Shown here one piece after another: positions 14,800 through 14,988 of a stretch of DNA of 14,988 bases. The notes beneath the pieces were generated by a model that saw nothing but the letters and a program-made list of their open reading frames with translations, searched no databases and had not been told where the DNA came from. The DNA lies in contig DAOWHW010000041.1 of NCBI GenBank assembly GCA_030641225.1, positions 1 to 14,988 of the forward strand, written 5' to 3'. Numbering within the stretch: position 1 is the first letter of the stretch; the number at the start of each line of letters is the position of its first letter. Source of the DNA: an archaeon (GTDB lineage Archaea; Nanobdellota; Nanobdellia; Pacearchaeales; UBA284). Made by a program: the position numbers and the translations under genes.

Positions 14800-14988
14800 A
14801 TGCTATTTTTGAAGCTAGCTGAAGTGTTTGAAAAACTTGAAGCCACCACAAAAAGGCTTCAAATGTTTGAGATTCTTAGCAATTTTTTTAAGAATATCTC
14901 TAAAAAAGAAATAGATGAAGTAGTTTATTTTTGTCAAGAAAGATTACTCCCCCCTTTTAAAGGAGTAAAGATAGACATGGCTGAAAAG
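14800..14988 (+). CDS. lig: ATP-dependent DNA ligase, N-terminal fragment running off the 3' edge of the window; absent from the ORF track
   Basis: Manual translation of 63 codons to the window edge: MLFLKLAEVFEKLEATTKRLQMFEILSNFFKNISKKEIDEVVYFCQERLLPPFKGVKIDMAEK, matching the archaeal ligase N-terminal DNA-binding domain pattern (LAE..EKLE.TT....k...l..FF........). Confidence 0.78.
   Translation, partial: MLFLKLAEVFEKLEATTKRLQMFEILSNFFKNISKKEIDEVVYFCQERLLPPFKGVKIDMAEK

Noticed and set aside
1-14988. CRISPR array, cas genes, transposases, integrases, toxin-antitoxin or other defence modules
   Set aside because: No regularly spaced repeats, no recognisable nuclease or transposase domains, and neighbouring genes are mostly housekeeping. 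I cannot support a dedicated new multi-gene system in this window.

Overview
This AT-rich, gene-dense 15 kb window looks archaeal, and a DPANN-type (Woesearchaeota/Pacearchaeota-like) chromosome is my inference. The support is archaeal EF-1alpha, archaeal DnaG-type primase, GatD, archaeal-type FtsZ, ATP-dependent DNA ligase, TATA boxes 25-30 nt upstream of starts, and many near-leaderless genes. Supportable content: 5'-truncated AsnRS; UlaG-like MBL hydrolase; a minus-strand membrane-protein operon (PlsY fused to a CTP-dependent polyprenol/diacylglycerol kinase-like domain, an amino-acid permease, an EamA transporter); tRNA-Arg(UCG); a putative FmrO/Rmt-like 16S rRNA methyltransferase; a form III-type RuBisCO large subunit; EF-1alpha; DnaG; an orphan 196 aa protein; GatD; FtsZ with a strong intrinsic-like terminator; a TPR protein; a nitroreductase; and the N-terminus of an ATP-dependent DNA ligase missing from the ORF track. 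I see no CRISPR array, transposase or clear defence system. The best second-look items are the PlsY-kinase fusion, the aminoglycoside-resistance-like methyltransferase in an archaeon, the RuBisCO with unusual residues near the active site, the orphan gene at 10111, and an unexplained 17-bp stem hairpin between gatD and ftsZ.
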